26,417 bases of DNA from a virus (taxonomy: Duplodnaviria > Caudoviricetes): positions 1-26,417 of IMG/VR virus record IMGVR_UViG_3300017909_000948, one strand, 5' to 3'. Of the stretch, positions 24,506 to 26,417 are shown one piece after another (the stretch's first letter is position 1; each line of letters begins with the position of its first letter). The notes beneath the pieces are model-generated. The model searched no databases, had not been told where the DNA came from, and was given only the letters and a program-made list of their open reading frames with translations. A program made the position numbers and the translations under genes.

Positions 24506-26040
24506 TTTCTAAGTATATAATCCTCTATTACTAACAAATCTAATGCTGTTCTTTTGAAAGTTCTTTCTGCATCATCAACTGTTTCAACAATTGGTTCCTG
24601 ACAATTAAAACTTGTATTCAACAACATAGGCACACCTGTGATTTTATAAAACTCACTTATTATCTTATAAAACTTTTCATTGTCTGTTTTGTTTACTGTT
24701 TGTATTCTTGCTGTACCATCAACGTGTGTGATACCAGGAACTCTATTGATACCTGATTTACCTACCTTAACTTTACAGATACGTGACATATATGGACTAG
24801 GTAATCTTGTGTCAAAGTAATCTTTATAATGTTCTTCTAATACTGCTGGTGCAAATGGTCTAAAGTCTTCTCTTTTTTTAATTGTATGATTGATAGTATC
24901 TTTGATGTCAGGATTACGTGGATCTGCAAGTATTGATCTATTACCTAATGCACGATTACCACTTTCTGATCTACCTTGAAACCAACCAACAATCTTTCCG
25001 TCTGCGATTGCTTGTGCAACTTCTTTATAATCTACTTTCTCGTTTGCAATAAAACCATGATAGATACCTGCATACGTATTTGTTAAATGTTTATTATTGT
25101 TCAACACATAATCTGCATGTTGATATGTACCTAATGCTTGTCCTTCGTCACCAACTGCTGGTGGTACAAAAACATTATCATAGTGATAAGTAAACATCTC
25201 ATTCATATAACCATTGTATGCGACACCACCTGCAATACATAGATTGTCACAAGTCTTCAATGGATAAACATGCTCTTTAATTTTATCCTCTGTCCATTTC
25301 TGTAAAGTATGTGCTAAGTTTTCTTTACCATATTTGTGAATATCAATTAATTGATGTATCTCTTGTTTCTTTTCAATTATTGGACCACTAGTTAATAATT
25401 CAAATATATCATAGAAGTATTGTTCAAACTTACCATACCCAACTAGACCCATAAGTTTACTTGCACCTAATGTACCAAAACCTGTGAGATTAGACATGTG
25501 ATTCCATAACCAACCAATCGGTAGTTTATCTGATAAGTCAATTGCGTTTTGATCTTTGTCAAAGAATAAACATCTATACTTTGAACCAATACCATCGATT
25601 GCTAAGATATCGCTTTGTTCATACTGCGAATTAATAAATGCATACATGGCATGAGATTGATGATGATCGATATAATAAACACCATCTTTATAGTAGTGAT
25701 CTAATAATTTCTTAGGTTCCCAATCTAATATCTCATCATGCCCTTTTAGAATTGTTTTAAATAATTCATCTTTACATTTTCGAATACCACCGTATGTGTA
25801 AGTAAATGCAAATACTCTATCATCTCTTTTAAAATACTCTTTGACAAACTCATCGTTCAATCTATAATCACCAGGATTTAGAATATCTGATTGATGAGCA
25901 TATGCCTCTGCCTTGTATGGTAGATTATGTTTAAATCTAGTATGTCTTTCTCTTTGATTATGGAAAGTACCATCGTAAGTATTATGATCATGTAAGTTTA
26001 ATGCAACAGAATATATTTTATTCATTGATAACACTCGCAT
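24502..26040 (-). CDS. Carbamoyltransferase, NodU/CmcH/TobZ family (start possibly 26025)
   Basis: DHHQSHA, AIDGIG, KLMGL, AGGVAYN, PPAVGDEG, GWFQGRSESGNRALGNRSILADPR, KREDFRPFAP, THVDGTARIQTV, LLNTSFN. Confidence 0.95.
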   Translation of the reverse strand: MRVLSMNKIYSVALNLHDHNTYDGTFHNQRERHTRFKHNLPYKAEAYAHQSDILNPGDYRLNDEFVKEYFKRDDRVFAFTYTYGGIRKCKDELFKTILKGHDEILDWEPKKLLDHYYKDGVYYIDHHQSHAMYAFINSQYEQSDILAIDGIGSKYRCLFFDKDQNAIDLSDKLPIGWLWNHMSNLTGFGTLGASKLMGLVGYGKFEQYFYDIFELLTSGPIIEKKQEIHQLIDIHKYGKENLAHTLQKWTEDKIKEHVYPLKTCDNLCIAGGVAYNGYMNEMFTYHYDNVFVPPAVGDEGQALGTYQHADYVLNNNKHLTNTYAGIYHGFIANEKVDYKEVAQAIADGKIVGWFQGRSESGNRALGNRSILADPRNPDIKDTINHTIKKREDFRPFAPAVLEEHYKDYFDTRLPSPYMSRICKVKVGKSGINRVPGITHVDGTARIQTVNKTDNEKFYKIISEFYKITGVPMLLNTSFNCQEPIVETVDDAERTFKRTALDLLVIEDYILRK

Positions 26041-26416
26041 ATTTTTTTAAGTTAAAGTGACCAGATGGTTCTACCCACTCCATACAACTCTTACAATAGT
26101 TTTCGTATTTAAATAATCTAAAGTTCATCATCTTATCTATGTTCTCTTTCGTAATCTCAAATGTCTTTGATAGTATTGGATTGTTTGCAAACTTCTTACT
26201 GCAATGTACTATGTGCCTTTTCTCAAAGTCAATAACAGGAACTTGTGGAAAGGCTGCACACATTTTACGATCTATTTCAGCTGCTTGTTCGTGTACTGCT
26301 AATACATCACCTTTGTTTGGTGTTCTACCATTAAATGATTTCCACATTGTATTCTTGTGATCTAATTGTTTCATTTCTTCAGGAAACAAATGTTTATATT
26401 TGAAAAAGTTAGGTGT
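26018..26416 (-). CDS. C-terminal part of a Cys-motif protein, possibly radical SAM/SPASM type (5'-truncated by window)
   Basis: Frame is open to the window edge (TPNFFKYKHLFPEEM...); C...IVHCSK...YCKSC spacing resembles an auxiliary Fe-S domain. Confidence 0.5.
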   Translation of the reverse strand, partial: TPNFFKYKHLFPEEMKQLDHKNTMWKSFNGRTPNKGDVLAVHEQAAEIDRKMCAAFPQVPVIDFEKRHIVHCSKKFANNPILSKTFEITKENIDKMMNFRLFKYENYCKSCMEWVEPSGHFNLKKYASVINE

Positions 26417-26417
26417 C

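Noticed and set aside
1-26417. CRISPR array, rRNA, transposase, integrase or reverse transcriptase
   Set aside because: No repeat-spacer periodicity and no corresponding motifs in any ORF.

Overview
AT-rich fragment of a T4-like (myovirus) phage genome of the marine type. The host is probably an alphaproteobacterium (inference from an Alphaproteobacteria-type LexA box, low GC and an A-type Fe-S carrier). Layout: (1) 3' end of baseplate spike gp5, ending in a PAAR-like motif. (2) A ~2.6 kb non-structural island with two convergent sigma70 promoters, a candidate structured RNA, an IscA/HesB protein, a tandem ParB/Srx-domain protein, tRNA-Leu(UAA), tRNA-Arg(UCU) and three hypothetical genes. (3) A late baseplate/fibre module with T4-type TATAAATA promoters: two unlisted micro-ORFs, gp25, gp6, gp7, a gp9/10-type fibre, gp8, a VrlC-like protein split into two ORFs, a second fibre, a three-repeat Ser/Thr-rich protein and a hypothetical gene. 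(4) A convergent, tightly coupled minus-strand enzyme operon: a Cys-motif protein cut by the window edge, a NodU/CmcH carbamoyltransferase, a SAM methyltransferase, a radical SAM enzyme with a separate SPASM-like gene, and three GT-A glycosyltransferases. Main leads: two fibres sharing a C-terminal motif beside a pseudo-threefold protein and the tailoring operon (possible virion-decoration system), the split VrlC with an inserted Cys domain, a possible double-pseudoknot RNA, a local CCGGC cluster and an SOS box. All calls were made by eye from motifs and synteny; no searches were run.
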